A stretch of DNA of 63,182 nucleotides, the filler included, from Octopus bimaculoides (Eukaryota): the NCBI RefSeq assembly GCF_001194135.2. It is 6 parts of 5 records of this genome, joined end to end, with 100 filler letters (N's around TTAATTAATTAA, not from the genome) between each part and the next. Parts side by side here need not be neighbours in the genome. Positions count along the whole stretch, not along the records: positions 23,545 to 30,205 come from NW_026306430.1; positions 30,306 to 46,459 come from NC_068993.1; 4 more parts are not named here. One strand, 5' to 3'. How positions within the stretch are numbered: the stretch's first letter is position 1; each line of letters starts with the position of its first letter. Positions 24,541 to 35,000 of the stretch are shown here, piece by piece. The position numbers and the translations under genes are program-made. Under the pieces are notes generated by a model. That model was not told where the DNA came from and made no database searches. It saw nothing but the letters and a program-made list of their open reading frames with translations.

Positions 24541-25879
24541 AGGCTGGGCAAAGTTCAGAGAGCTCCTACCTCTGCTGGTAACAAAGGGCTTCTCGCTCAT
24601 AGTGAAAGTATGATGTCTGTGTGTGATCAGCCATGCTACACGGCAGTGAAACTGAGGACATGCGTAAGCTTGTAAGAAATGTATCTGGTATGCTCCGCTG
24701 GATGTGTAATGTCACTGTGCATGTACAACAGAGTGTAAACGCATTGAGAGAAAAGTTGGATATAAACATCAGATGTGGTGTGCAAGAGAGACGACTGCGC
24801 TGGTATGATCATGTGATGCGTAAGGATGAGGAATACTGAGTTGAGAAATATCGCACTTTAACGATGGAAGGAAACTGTGGAAGGGGAAGACCCAGGGAGA
24901 CATGGGACGTGGTGGTGAAGCACGGTCTTCTAATGTTGGATCCACAGAGGCAATGACGAGCGACCGAAACCTTTGGAGATATGCCGTGCTTGAGAAGACC
25001 CGTCAAGCCAACTGAGATCGTACTCGTGGCCGATGCCAGTGTTGCGTAACTGTTCCGTTAAAAGCATCCTTCAATCGTTGGGCGATATTCTTTGTTTGTG
25101 AAGATCTGTCGAACCGAATGAAATCGTAGTTGTGACCAATGCCAGAGCTGTCTGGCTGGCACCCGTACCAGTGGCACATAAAAAGCAATCTTCGAGCGTT
25201 GAGTCTCATGAAGGCAGTGGCAGGTGACCAAAAGCTTTAGCGATATACCATGCTTGCGTAGATCTGTCCAACCAAATGAGACCGTAGTCGTAACAGATGT
25301 TCGGTATCAGACCCATGGCATCTGTGCCGGTGGCACGTAAAAAATACCCACTTCGATGGTCAGGACATGTAGCAAGAATGGAAGAATCAAGGTTTCCACG
25401 CGAAGCCTTGTGTTTGTTTCAAACGATTTAGGCTCATTTTCAGTGGCTTTCATTGTTGTTTTGAATTGGTCCTTGTACCTTCGAAGAGGGCAGCCCTGTG
25501 TTCTTTTTCCTGGAGTGAGCTCACTGAAAAAGACTTGGCGTGGAAACCTTGACTCATCCATTCTTGCTACATGTCCCAACCATTGAAGACGGTGTTTCAT
25601 GATCAGCGATTTGATACTTTGACTCTTGGCTCTTTTCAGGACTCGTTTGTTGGTCACATAGTGTTCCCATTTAATAGTCAAGATTGAACTAAGCTTTTGT
25701 TGGTGAGAGACTAATTTTTGGATGTCGCGAAGATGTAGAGTACAGTGAGTACCATTAGGAAATACGTCCAGCCATAGAAATCTTGTCAAATTAGATCGGA
25801 ACCTGGTGCAGCTCCCTGGCAGCTTACAAGTTCTCAGTCAACCCGTCCAAACAATGCCAGCTAGGAAAGCAGACGTTAA

Positions 25880-25880
<1 letters not shown>
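24541..25880 (+). mobile_element. RTE (BovB-like) ORF end and 3' UTR, interrupted at about 25352-25740
   Basis: GWAKFRELLPLL...MLHGSET...MLRWMCNV...RRLRWYDHVMR...GRGRPRETW; the 3' terminus resumes at about 25741. Confidence 0.85.
25356..25742 (-). mobile_element. Inserted fragment of a second RTE family
   Basis: SILTIKWEHYVTNKRVL.RA...HRLQWLGHVARMDESRFPRQVFFSEL..GKR..G.P.RRYKD. Confidence 0.85.
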
Positions 25881-25953
<73 letters not shown>

Positions 25954-26230
25954 CATTATTATCATTATTATTATTATTATTATTATCATCATCATCATCA
26001 TTATTGAGTGAGAGTAGTGTATACCATCAAAGAGACTCTTGGATACATATATACGAAGGCCAATACACCCATCATAAATGCCCGTCTGATAAAGGTGCAC
26101 CTAGTGCATGCATCACAACAATATGTGTGCTACATGGTAATCTCATATCAAGATAAACAACACATGACCTTTCAGGTGGGGCCCAGTTAGAATTTTCTTT
26201 ATGTCGAGCAGCCCACCAAACACAAAAGAT
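25881..26230 (-). mobile_element. LINE-like 3' terminus with (TAA)n/(GAT)n tail
   Basis: Tailed repeat; near-identical second copy at 28798-28934. Confidence 0.5.
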
Positions 26231-26489
26231 CTCTGAAAAAGGTTTCTTTAAAGTCAAGTAGCTGACAAGTAAATATGTGGTATTGAGCAGAATATTTGCT
26301 GCAGCCCGTCTTTTATACCAAAACAAATCAAGTACATTATAACACTTCGAACCAGTTAAAAACAGAAACCATGAGAGTACTGCCTGGTGATACATCAGAG
26401 CATTTATCATTATTATTCGTGATCTGTACAGTTGAGCTGCATAGGCTGAATGCTGCGAAAGGCCGATAACAGCCGCGGAAGTACGCAAA

Positions 26490-27375
26490 GAGGTGACGTG
26501 CTGCACGTGAGGCATATCGACGTGTTTGGATGGTCTGCCCTACGAGCTTTATATTTCGATGCCTGACTTGTTTGGAGGCCTCTAAGCAGATATCTATCAC
26601 AACTGACAGCAGAATGGGAGAATTCCCACTTTTTCTGTCGAGGGGCAGTAACACCGCTGAGAAAGGACCGAAACAAGGGGGATGTTATAGAAAATTTCAG
26701 GTCCATCATTCTGCTCAATGCCGAGTTGAAGATTTTGGCCAAGGTGTTAGCCAAGAGGTTGGCGCTTATAGTGGACAAGCTGATTGACGAGGCGCAAACA
26801 TGCGCCTTCCCAACCAGGACTATTAGGGACAACCTCCACCTCATGCGCTATATCATAGAGAAGCTGGCATGGGTGGGTCTCTGATCAATTTAGATCAGTC
26901 TAAAGCCTTCGATATGTTCAACCATCAAACTTGGCAGCTGTTCTCACTACAGTCGGTTTCGATCCGGTTTTCCGCGGTTGGATCGCGGCATCTGCTAGGA
27001 TGCTCGGGTAAATAGTCACCGGTTAGAGCCATTTAGTATCTTGCGTTCGGTCCGTCAAGAGTGCCCTCTCTTCTCCCTTCTGTATGTCCTGACTCTTGAG
27101 TCACTGCTGCGGAAGTTAGAGGCTTTGAGGGGTATCCCGCGTGATCCAGGATGTGGGACAAGCGTGTCTGCTTATGCCAACGATGTCACCGTGATAGTGC
27201 CACGTTACAGGAGCAAAAATTAACGCGGAAGTCAGTGGGCTTGCAACTCGGCACCTGGAGAGGCGCTTAAATTGCTCACGGTCTGGTTCGGTCCAGACCT
27301 CCAGGTGGAAAAAAACTGGGGCGAAGTGACGAGCAGGGTAGCCAATCTCACCCAGAAATGGGCCGAGAGGAAGGT
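26490..27375 (+). mobile_element. L1/Tx1-clade reverse transcriptase pseudogene
   Basis: LDGLPYE, NFRSIILLNAELKILAKVLAKRL, DNLHLMRYII, LDQSKAFD, SVRQECPL..LLYVL, YAND (for YADD); multiple stops and frameshifts. Confidence 0.9.
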
Positions 27376-27769
27376 CGAGACGTCATCTATAAAGGTCGTC
27401 ATCTATTACCACTTGCCCCTTATGTAAACAGCATGGACATATGACAGTGATCTACCGGGAAGATAGATCAAATCTGAAACCATCACGAAGCAGGAATTAA
27501 GAATCCGCAAAAACAATGAAAGAAAACTATAGTATAATGTAAGCCATCTCAGGAAACTGTAAAATTTGTCGTATATGGAATATATATAACGAAACATACT
27601 GATGCAATATGATACTCCCCACCAAAAAATGCTGCACACACCACCTCACCATAACAAAAGTGAAACAAATGATGCAATAGAAAGTTGCCTGAAACTATCA
27701 GATGTCGAAAAATAATGGTGATGATGTTGGTGACGAACGTTGCCTTACCTCATATTGTGAGAGACAGGA

Positions 27770-28082
27770 GTTTCCGAAGAAATTCTGGCTGTAACAGCGA
27801 AAATGAAGCTGGACCTTTAAGGGAAGGCCTCTCGCTCGGCAGCGTTCAGTAAAGATGCAGACTGACCATAGCTGTTATCCTAATACAACATCAACAGATA
27901 ACAGAGTAAGGAGGAGGAAGTGGACCAGCGAAGAGCACAGGGTAGTGATGCAATGTTACTTAGAAAGTGAGCCGAAAAGAAGGGCTATAAAGAACGGATG
28001 TTAACACTTTGGATAAAGAAGGGTATGTTTAAAGTGACTGGGCAGAGATTAGTAGATCAAGCTAATGCTATTAGGACAATTA
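27770..28082 (+). mobile_element. R4/Dong-like LINE N-terminal fragment
   Basis: RRRKWTSEEHRVVMQCYLESEPKR/GYKERMLTLWIKKGMFKVTGQRLVDQANAIR with one frameshift. Confidence 0.75.
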
Positions 28083-28277
28083 AGTTCAATTTTACACATA
28101 AGATACATATATTAATTAAATAAGTTAAAAGTTCAAGAGACATGTCATGTTTTAGAATCATCTAGTATATTAGGAACATAACTTACTGGGAATCTCTTGG
28201 TTGTAAACATCCACATGGTTCTAGTAGCAACTTAAACTTGTGCTTTTCAGAGAGAAGGAAGTAGAGAGAGAGAGAGA

Positions 28278-28356
<79 letters not shown>

Positions 28357-28491
28357 NNNNNNNNNNNNNNNNNNNNNNNNNNNNNNNNNNNNNNNNNNNN
28401 NNNNNNNNNNNNNNNNNNNNNNNNNNNNNNNNNNNNNNNNNNNNNNNNNNNNNNNNNNNNNNNNNNNNNNNNNNNNNNNNNNNNNNNNNNN

Positions 28492-28722
28492 GGTCCTTTT
28501 TTGGGGTTGTTGCTTCACCGACCATATTTGTTTCCAGAATTTCTCTAGTTCTTCTGCTGTTGGTGCTGAAGTAATGTCTATTTTATTTTTACCCAGTTCT
28601 TGGTAGAGTTTTTTGGGGTTGGATTTGAACTGTTTGTTTTGTTCAAAGAAACGTTGGCGTTTCTCATACCGGCGGATCCTCTGTGCTTTAGCAAGGATGT
28701 CTTGCTTTAGTTTTTCTTTTGC
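28492..28722 (-). mobile_element. R4/Dong-like LINE pre-RT fragment (open frame)
   Basis: AKEKLKQDILAKAQRIRRYEKRQRFFEQNKQFKSNPKKLYQELG...PTAEELEKFWKQIW. Confidence 0.8.
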
Positions 28723-28723
28723 C

Positions 28724-28799
<76 letters not shown>

Positions 28800-28934
28800 C
28801 ATCATCATCATTATTGAGTGAGAGTAGTGTATACCATCAAAGAGAAACTTGGATACATATATACGAAGGCCAATACACCCATCATAAATGCCCGTCTGAT
28901 AAAGGTGCACCTAGCGCATGCATCACAACAATAT
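28723..28934 (-). repeat. Near-identical local copy of 25900-26124
   Basis: 3 mismatches in 124 nt (26001-26124 vs 28811-28934). Confidence 0.9.
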
Positions 28935-28989
28935 TGTTCAACGAATAAAACATTTCTACAATCGAATCGCGCTGTTCGTCTTGACTATT
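28931..28989 (+). mobile_element. Second copy of the Penelope 3' terminus
   Basis: 5 mismatches in 59 nt versus 24425-24483. Confidence 0.85.
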
Positions 28990-29016
28990 TACCTTCGTGA
29001 AGAGTTACGTCAATCG

Positions 29017-29083
<67 letters not shown>

Positions 29084-29107
29084 TAATAATAATAATAATA
29101 ATAATAA

Positions 29108-29162
29108 AAGATTTACACCGGGGGAGAAGATTTACACCGGGGGAAAGATTTACACCGGGGGA
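29108..29162. repeat. 3x AAGATTTACACCGGGGGA, subterminal-type repeat of a DNA transposon
   Basis: Direct reading; transposon origin inferred. Confidence 0.55.
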
Positions 29163-29329
29163 CGTTTTACATGTGAGAACGATAAATCACTACTCCGAAA
29201 TTTATCCAAAAACATCGGAAATAAAGACATCACAAGGAGCCAAAAATAGCTAACAAAGGGTTGGACTATATCTGAGTAAGTAATACTCATTGAAATTTAT
29301 TTCTATTTTTCCAAATATAATGATGTATT

Positions 29330-30205
29330 TTAACTGGATATCATCTGCACTGCTCGCACACGTAAACACGTAAACACGCTTGTTACATCAACACCAGACC
29401 ATCTCCGGCCCCAAATACCATGTACAAAAAAATTACAAACAGATTAAATAATACCGGTATTATTCCACCCAAGAATAACAACCGGGAAGTGCGTACTTTG
29501 ACCTTGTTACGCAAAAAGTACGAAGAGGTGCACGTGCAAAATAATCTGACAACAGAAATGAACGGACCGGTACCCTATGAAAATGATGACCGTCAAAATA
29601 AAGGGCTGGACGCTGTTCCTCATGTCCCGCAAATAAAACCAAAACGGCATAAATAGACACCTGAGGAATACATTTCAATCCTACACGCTTACTTTACACC
29701 AGTGCTCTACCCAAAGAACGAAAATGCAACAACACATACATATAAAATATGGAAGAAAAATAATCTAAATAAAGACCTCGATACAACAATGAACCCTAAT
29801 AAATTAGCTAACATACGAAGATATATTCTCAAAGCAAAAATAATATCAGAAATAGAAATAGAACAATTGAAAGGAAAAATACATCAGGAAAATCTAGATA
29901 GTAGCCACACAACAATGGCAAATAATAATATAAACACTGGGATAGTAAAACACGAAGATAAACGTAACATTTCCGCCAAAAACGAAATAAACAAAAAACA
30001 ACAAACCCAGACCGGTGGAATGTATAATAATGTACAAAAAGCACCAATCCAGAACACCACAGACAAACATATGAATGAAAAGGAAGGCGAAACAAATCTA
30101 AAAACTGGGAATAACGAAGGGAAACCTAATGATTATGATACTATAAAAATGAGAGTAATCAAAGAACTGAAAACCACAGATCTTAGAATGGACCACAGAT
30201 TATAT
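29330..30205 (+). mobile_element. R4/Dong-like LINE 5' region
   Basis: KRHK*TPEEYISILHAYF...YKIWKK...MNPNKLANIRRYILKAKIISEIEIEQLK; TGG>TAG at 29654; runs into a gap. Confidence 0.75.
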
Positions 30206-30249
30206 NNNNNNNNNNNNNNNNNNNNNNNNNNNNNNNNNNNNNNNNNNNN

Positions 30250-30261
30250 TTAATTAATTAA
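30250..30261. other. Artificial assembly spacer
   Basis: N44-TTAATTAATTAA-N44. Confidence 0.95.
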
Positions 30262-31995
30262 NNNNNNNNNNNNNNNNNNNNNNNNNNNNNNNNNNNNNNN
30301 NNNNNAAAAAAAAAAAAAAAAAAAAAGTTCTGATATTGCATAAAATCAGATTCGATTACTCCTAATTGCACGTGCCACGCACTGCGATATCATGTATATC
30401 GACTCCGCCACAAATTTCAATGTAGTATTCTTAAATAGCAGTTTGGAATTAATGACATTCCTGTTCTGTCGTATACGTTAGTAAACTCATAATTGCGCGC
30501 GCGTTTCTGTATGTACGTGCACGGATGTCTATTATTGTGAGATGGGGACCGAGAGAGGGAAATTAGAGAAAAGAGAGAGAGAGAGAGTGGGGGTGTAAAT
30601 GTGTGTTCATATCTTCAAATCGAATATGCAGGCACACATATATATACACAGAACTATGCCCATACATGCTTGCATACATGCATTCTTACACATACCAACA
30701 TGCTTAGATACATACATACATGTATGTGTATATACATGCGTACATATATACATACATGTATACTTATATATGTACATGTATATTACAAGAATTTATTCAT
30801 CTAGCCTAAACTGAGGCTCCTCATACATTCATACATACGTTCATACATACGTTCATACATACATGCATACATACATACGTACATACATACGTACGTACGT
30901 ACATATATACGAATGTATGTATGTATGTATTAGACAGACACGTACACACATACATCAATTAATGGAATCGCTTGAAACGACCGTAATGAATTGATACTTG
31001 TATCTCTATGTTACTCATATATATATATATATANNNNNNNNNNNNNNNNNNNNNNNNNNNNNNNNNNNNNNNNNNNNNNNNNNNNNNNNNNNNNNNNNNN
31101 NNNNNNNNNNNNNNNNNNNNNNNNNNNNNNNNNNNNNNNNNNNNNNNNNNNNNNNNNNNNNNNNNNNNNNNNNNNNNNNNNNNNNNNNNNNNNNNNNNNN
31201 NNNNNNNNNNNNNNNNNNNNNNNNNNNNNNNNNNNNNNNNNNNNNNNNNNNNNNNNNNNNNNNNNNNNNNNNNNNNNNNNNNNNNNNNNNNNNNNNNNNN
31301 NNNNNNNNNNNNNNNNNNNNNNNNNNNNNNNNNNNNNNNNNNNNNNNNNNNNNNNNNNNNNNNNNNNNNNNNNNNNNNNNNNNNNNNNNNNNNNNNNNNN
31401 NNNNNNNNNNNNNNNNNNNNNNNNNNNNNNNNNNNNNNNNNNNNNNNNNNNNNNNNNNNNNNNNNNNNNNNNNNNNNNNNNNNNNNNNNNNNNNNNNNNN
31501 NNNNNNNNNNNNNNNNNNNNNNNNNNNNNNNNNNNNNNNNNNNNNNNNNNNNNNNNNNNNNNNNNNNNNNNNNNNNNNNNNNNNNNNNNNNNNNNNNNNN
31601 NNNNNNNNNNNNNNNNNNNNNNNNNNNNNNNNNNNNNNNNNNNNNNNNNNNNNNNNNNNNNNNNNNNNNNNNNNNNNNNNNNNNNNNNNNNNNNNNNNNN
31701 NNNNNNNNNNNNNNNNNNNNNNNNNNNNAGATAGGTAAATAGAGAAAAGGAGGATGTGTGTTGAGAGGAGGTCTGAATTCTGTTTTGAGCCAATCAATGA
31801 GTGATTATTTACGAAGCTGACATGTATGTAGATCTTAAGTGTGTAGATCATCCATGCGTGTATATATATATACATATATACATGAAGTAACAAACTAAGG
31901 AAAGGAATTCCTTCAAAGGGGTGTGTAAAACATCCAATTCATTGGAACGTCAGTTCAGTACCACATAAATAGGAGTATAATGCTAGTTGCAAATA

Positions 31996-32850
31996 ATAAA
32001 TTAGATAGATAGATTCAATTGACAACCCAATAATTTATTTACATTATGATATTACATAATATACTATGAATATAATACAATATAACATAAAAATCAGTAA
32101 AAAACGAAAAGAGCCAACAATTTGTTTCGACTTATATACATTATTTGATTAATAAACATTTCATATCCATTTATAAAATCTCTTTTGTTTTTTGTTAGTT
32201 ATTTTAAACAATTCTTTTTATATCAATAAGTTTAAATAAAAGAGATGAGTTGTTATATATTACCAATATAATACTATATTATCATTTATATTTATTTACA
32301 CATTTTATTACAGTCCCTAGATTAAGTAAGACGCTGATACTCAATTTATATACCTATATATTATTGTTGTATGTTATTATAATAGCCAAAGACTGACTTC
32401 GACCAAAACGAATTTAGATTAATATTATTTTAGATATATAGAAATATATTTCAATAGTTGTTGATCCTATTTACTTAATTCTGTTGTACATTATAATTTT
32501 ATTGCTCTTTTTTTTTTTAGTTGTAATTGTTATGTAGTTGAAAAGTTAACGATCACGCTCATAAATATAGGAACTTGAATTAATTTTTTACAATCCTGAT
32601 GTCCTTTCACACGGAATTTCGTCTGTCTTTAAATCCAAAGCTCTGAAGAGATTTATATAAATAGATATGAATTGTGTGTAATCAAATAATGTATATAAGT
32701 CGAAACCAATTGTTGGCACTTTTGGTTTTTTAATGATTTTAAATGTTGTCTTATCTTATATTATACTCATAGTATTCATAGTATATTAAGTTATATTACA
32801 ATATAAATAAATTATTGGATTATCAATTGAATCACTCTATTTAATTTATC
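31996..32850. mobile_element. Long-inverted-repeat element (arms about 31996-32184 and 32646-32850)
   Basis: Arms align, e.g. GTTTCGACTTATATACATTATTTGATTA vs TAATCAAATAATGTATATAAGTCGAAAC; about 460-nt AT-rich spacer. Confidence 0.85.
32635..32725 (+). ncRNA. Type I hammerhead ribozyme, core apparently intact
   Basis: CCAAAGCU-CUGAAGA-GAUUUAUAUA..N32..UAUAUAAGUC-GAAA-C-CAAUU-GU-U/GGC-AC-UUUUGG. Confidence 0.7.
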
Positions 32851-32899
32851 ATATATATATATATATATATATAAAGGTACATATCTATAAAACAAAGCA

Positions 32900-33200
32900 T
32901 TAGAACGCAGGACCTGGCACCAATCCTGCTTCTCTTCAGTTGAAAGATTTAAGTAAGTCGACTCCAACATCGGTCCCAACTTCGTGCAAGCATAGAGGCA
33001 GCTGGAGACACGGTGTTCCTCTAAATGGAAACCTTACTCTTCATTGTGGTTTTATGGCACGAAGCAGGCCTTGCCGTCCATTCAAGAAAACACAAGTGAT
33101 CCAAAAGCTTTCAAACAAACTGAGTTCTCAACTCATGCCATTTGCCAAAAGGTTTGCAAGGCAGCAGCAGGCCACAAGAGACACATTCCTGTCCATAAAA
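32900..33200 (+). pseudogene. Possible highly decayed DNA-transposon coding remnant
   Basis: Weak motifs (IEAAGDTVFL, TLLFIVVLWH, KRHIPVH) across frames; family uncertain. Confidence 0.2.
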
Positions 33201-33349
33201 CATGATTAACGCGTTTTTTTATTAAGCCCTCATTTGTTGTTCACAAGAGAACCGATCATATATATATATGTATATAATACAAAGAATATATATGCATGTA
33301 TACACACATATATGTACATACTTACATCTATATGTGTATATAGATGCAT

Positions 33350-33600
33350 ATCAGGGTACAGGACGTTAGAACAATGAACTACAGAAAACGGAACGAACAC
33401 ATAGGAAAACAGATAGCCACTTGGAATAAATCCTTCGTTAGCTGCCTCTATTCTAACTAGACGTTTCGAAGATAAGACAGACCGTACTCTAGAATAGTAT
33501 CCTCCTGAGTAGTAGATCGACCCACTAAACATAGGATTCCAAGGTGGCAAACACAAACCAAGACAGGAAAAATCGGACAGTGAAAACAACATTAAAAAGC
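33350..33600 (-). mobile_element. Penelope-like terminal fragment (permuted HHR core halves)
   Basis: Minus strand TCTTCGAAACGTC...AGCTAACGAAGG; same layout as 8500-8636. Confidence 0.4.
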
Positions 33601-34769
33601 CGTACAGCCAAACGCAAATCTGATGTAGAACGCTAATTTATAGGCATGTGAGGCTTCAACAGTTTCTAAATTCATTCACAATGTACGGGTCGTCTGGGAA
33701 TATAGAAGAAGCTACTTTCCGCGCAGGGTTACTGAATTCGAAACCACATGATCGCGAAGCATACATTTTAAGCACATAACTATTACGGTGACTATATGTA
33801 TATATATATATAGAGAGAGAGATAGGGAGATAGATACATACATACATACATACATACATGCATACATACATACATGCATGCATGCATGCATGCATGCATG
33901 CATGCATGCATACATACATACATAGATACATACATACATACATACATACATACATACATACATACATACACACATACATACATAGAGTTATATATGTGCG
34001 TATGCAAGTAATATGTATGCATGCACATATATATTCATTTAAATATATGTATGTTTGTGTATGTGTGAATTGGAAATATCATTATTTTCTTTTGCCGTGG
34101 AGAACGAAAGTACATTTTCCAAATCGTTTTTGGCATATGAAAGGGAAAAAAATAATACTGAAAAGCAAATACGCAGAACCGACCGCTATGTCAATTCGCC
34201 CACACTCATGGACGAATATGTGAGTGCGTGTGTGTGTGTGTGTGCGTGCCCCTGTGTGGGCGCGCGTGCAAATCGAATAGCACATTTAAATGGCCATGAA
34301 ATGAATGAATATTTTTTTTATATCTCTCCCTTTAACATGGCAAAAATTATTTAGAAAATGTACTTATTTCTGCGTGGAAAGAAAACAGTAAATATTTTCA
34401 CTTTACTTAAGTTGTTCCTCTTCGCTATCTTTATAATAAACGAAGAATGATATGTTAGAGTCTTGGAAACAATCTAGGCTTACAAGAAACAACATTTTGC
34501 CAGAAATGGATCGGAATACGTGATATAGGCTTGATTTTCAGAAACGACAGGCTAGCAATAAATGATTATATCACCAATCTGTTTTGCGAGGGAATTTTGC
34601 TCCGCGTGATACAATAATGAAAGTGCAACATAAAAGATTGTCAGTTATATTTCTCGAACATTCTAAACATACAACATTCTAAACATATAACATTAACATT
34701 ATTTCCAATAAAAGCTTTTAAAATATATAAATAGGAGAACGGTACAAGCAAAGCAACATATTCTTCTTC

Positions 34770-34848
34770 ATCTTTTTCTTCTTCTTCTTCTTCTTATTGC
34801 TGCTGCTGCTGTTGTTGTTGTTGTTGCTGTTGTTGTTGTTGTTGTTGT

Positions 34849-34895
<47 letters not shown>

Positions 34896-35000
34896 ATAAA
34901 TGGTAGTGGTGGTGGTGGTGGTGGTGGTGGTGGTGGTAGTGGTGGCAGTGGCGGCGGTGGTGGTGGTGGTGGTGGTGGTGGTGGTAGTAGTAGTAGTAAT
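34770..35000. repeat. Compound trinucleotide array (TTC)-(TGC)-(TGT)-(TAG)-(TGG)
   Basis: Direct reading. Confidence 0.9.

Noticed and set aside
30330-30540. CpG-rich patch as a promoter (also 34170-34300)
   Set aside because: No linked exon or diagnostic motif; cannot be supported from sequence alone
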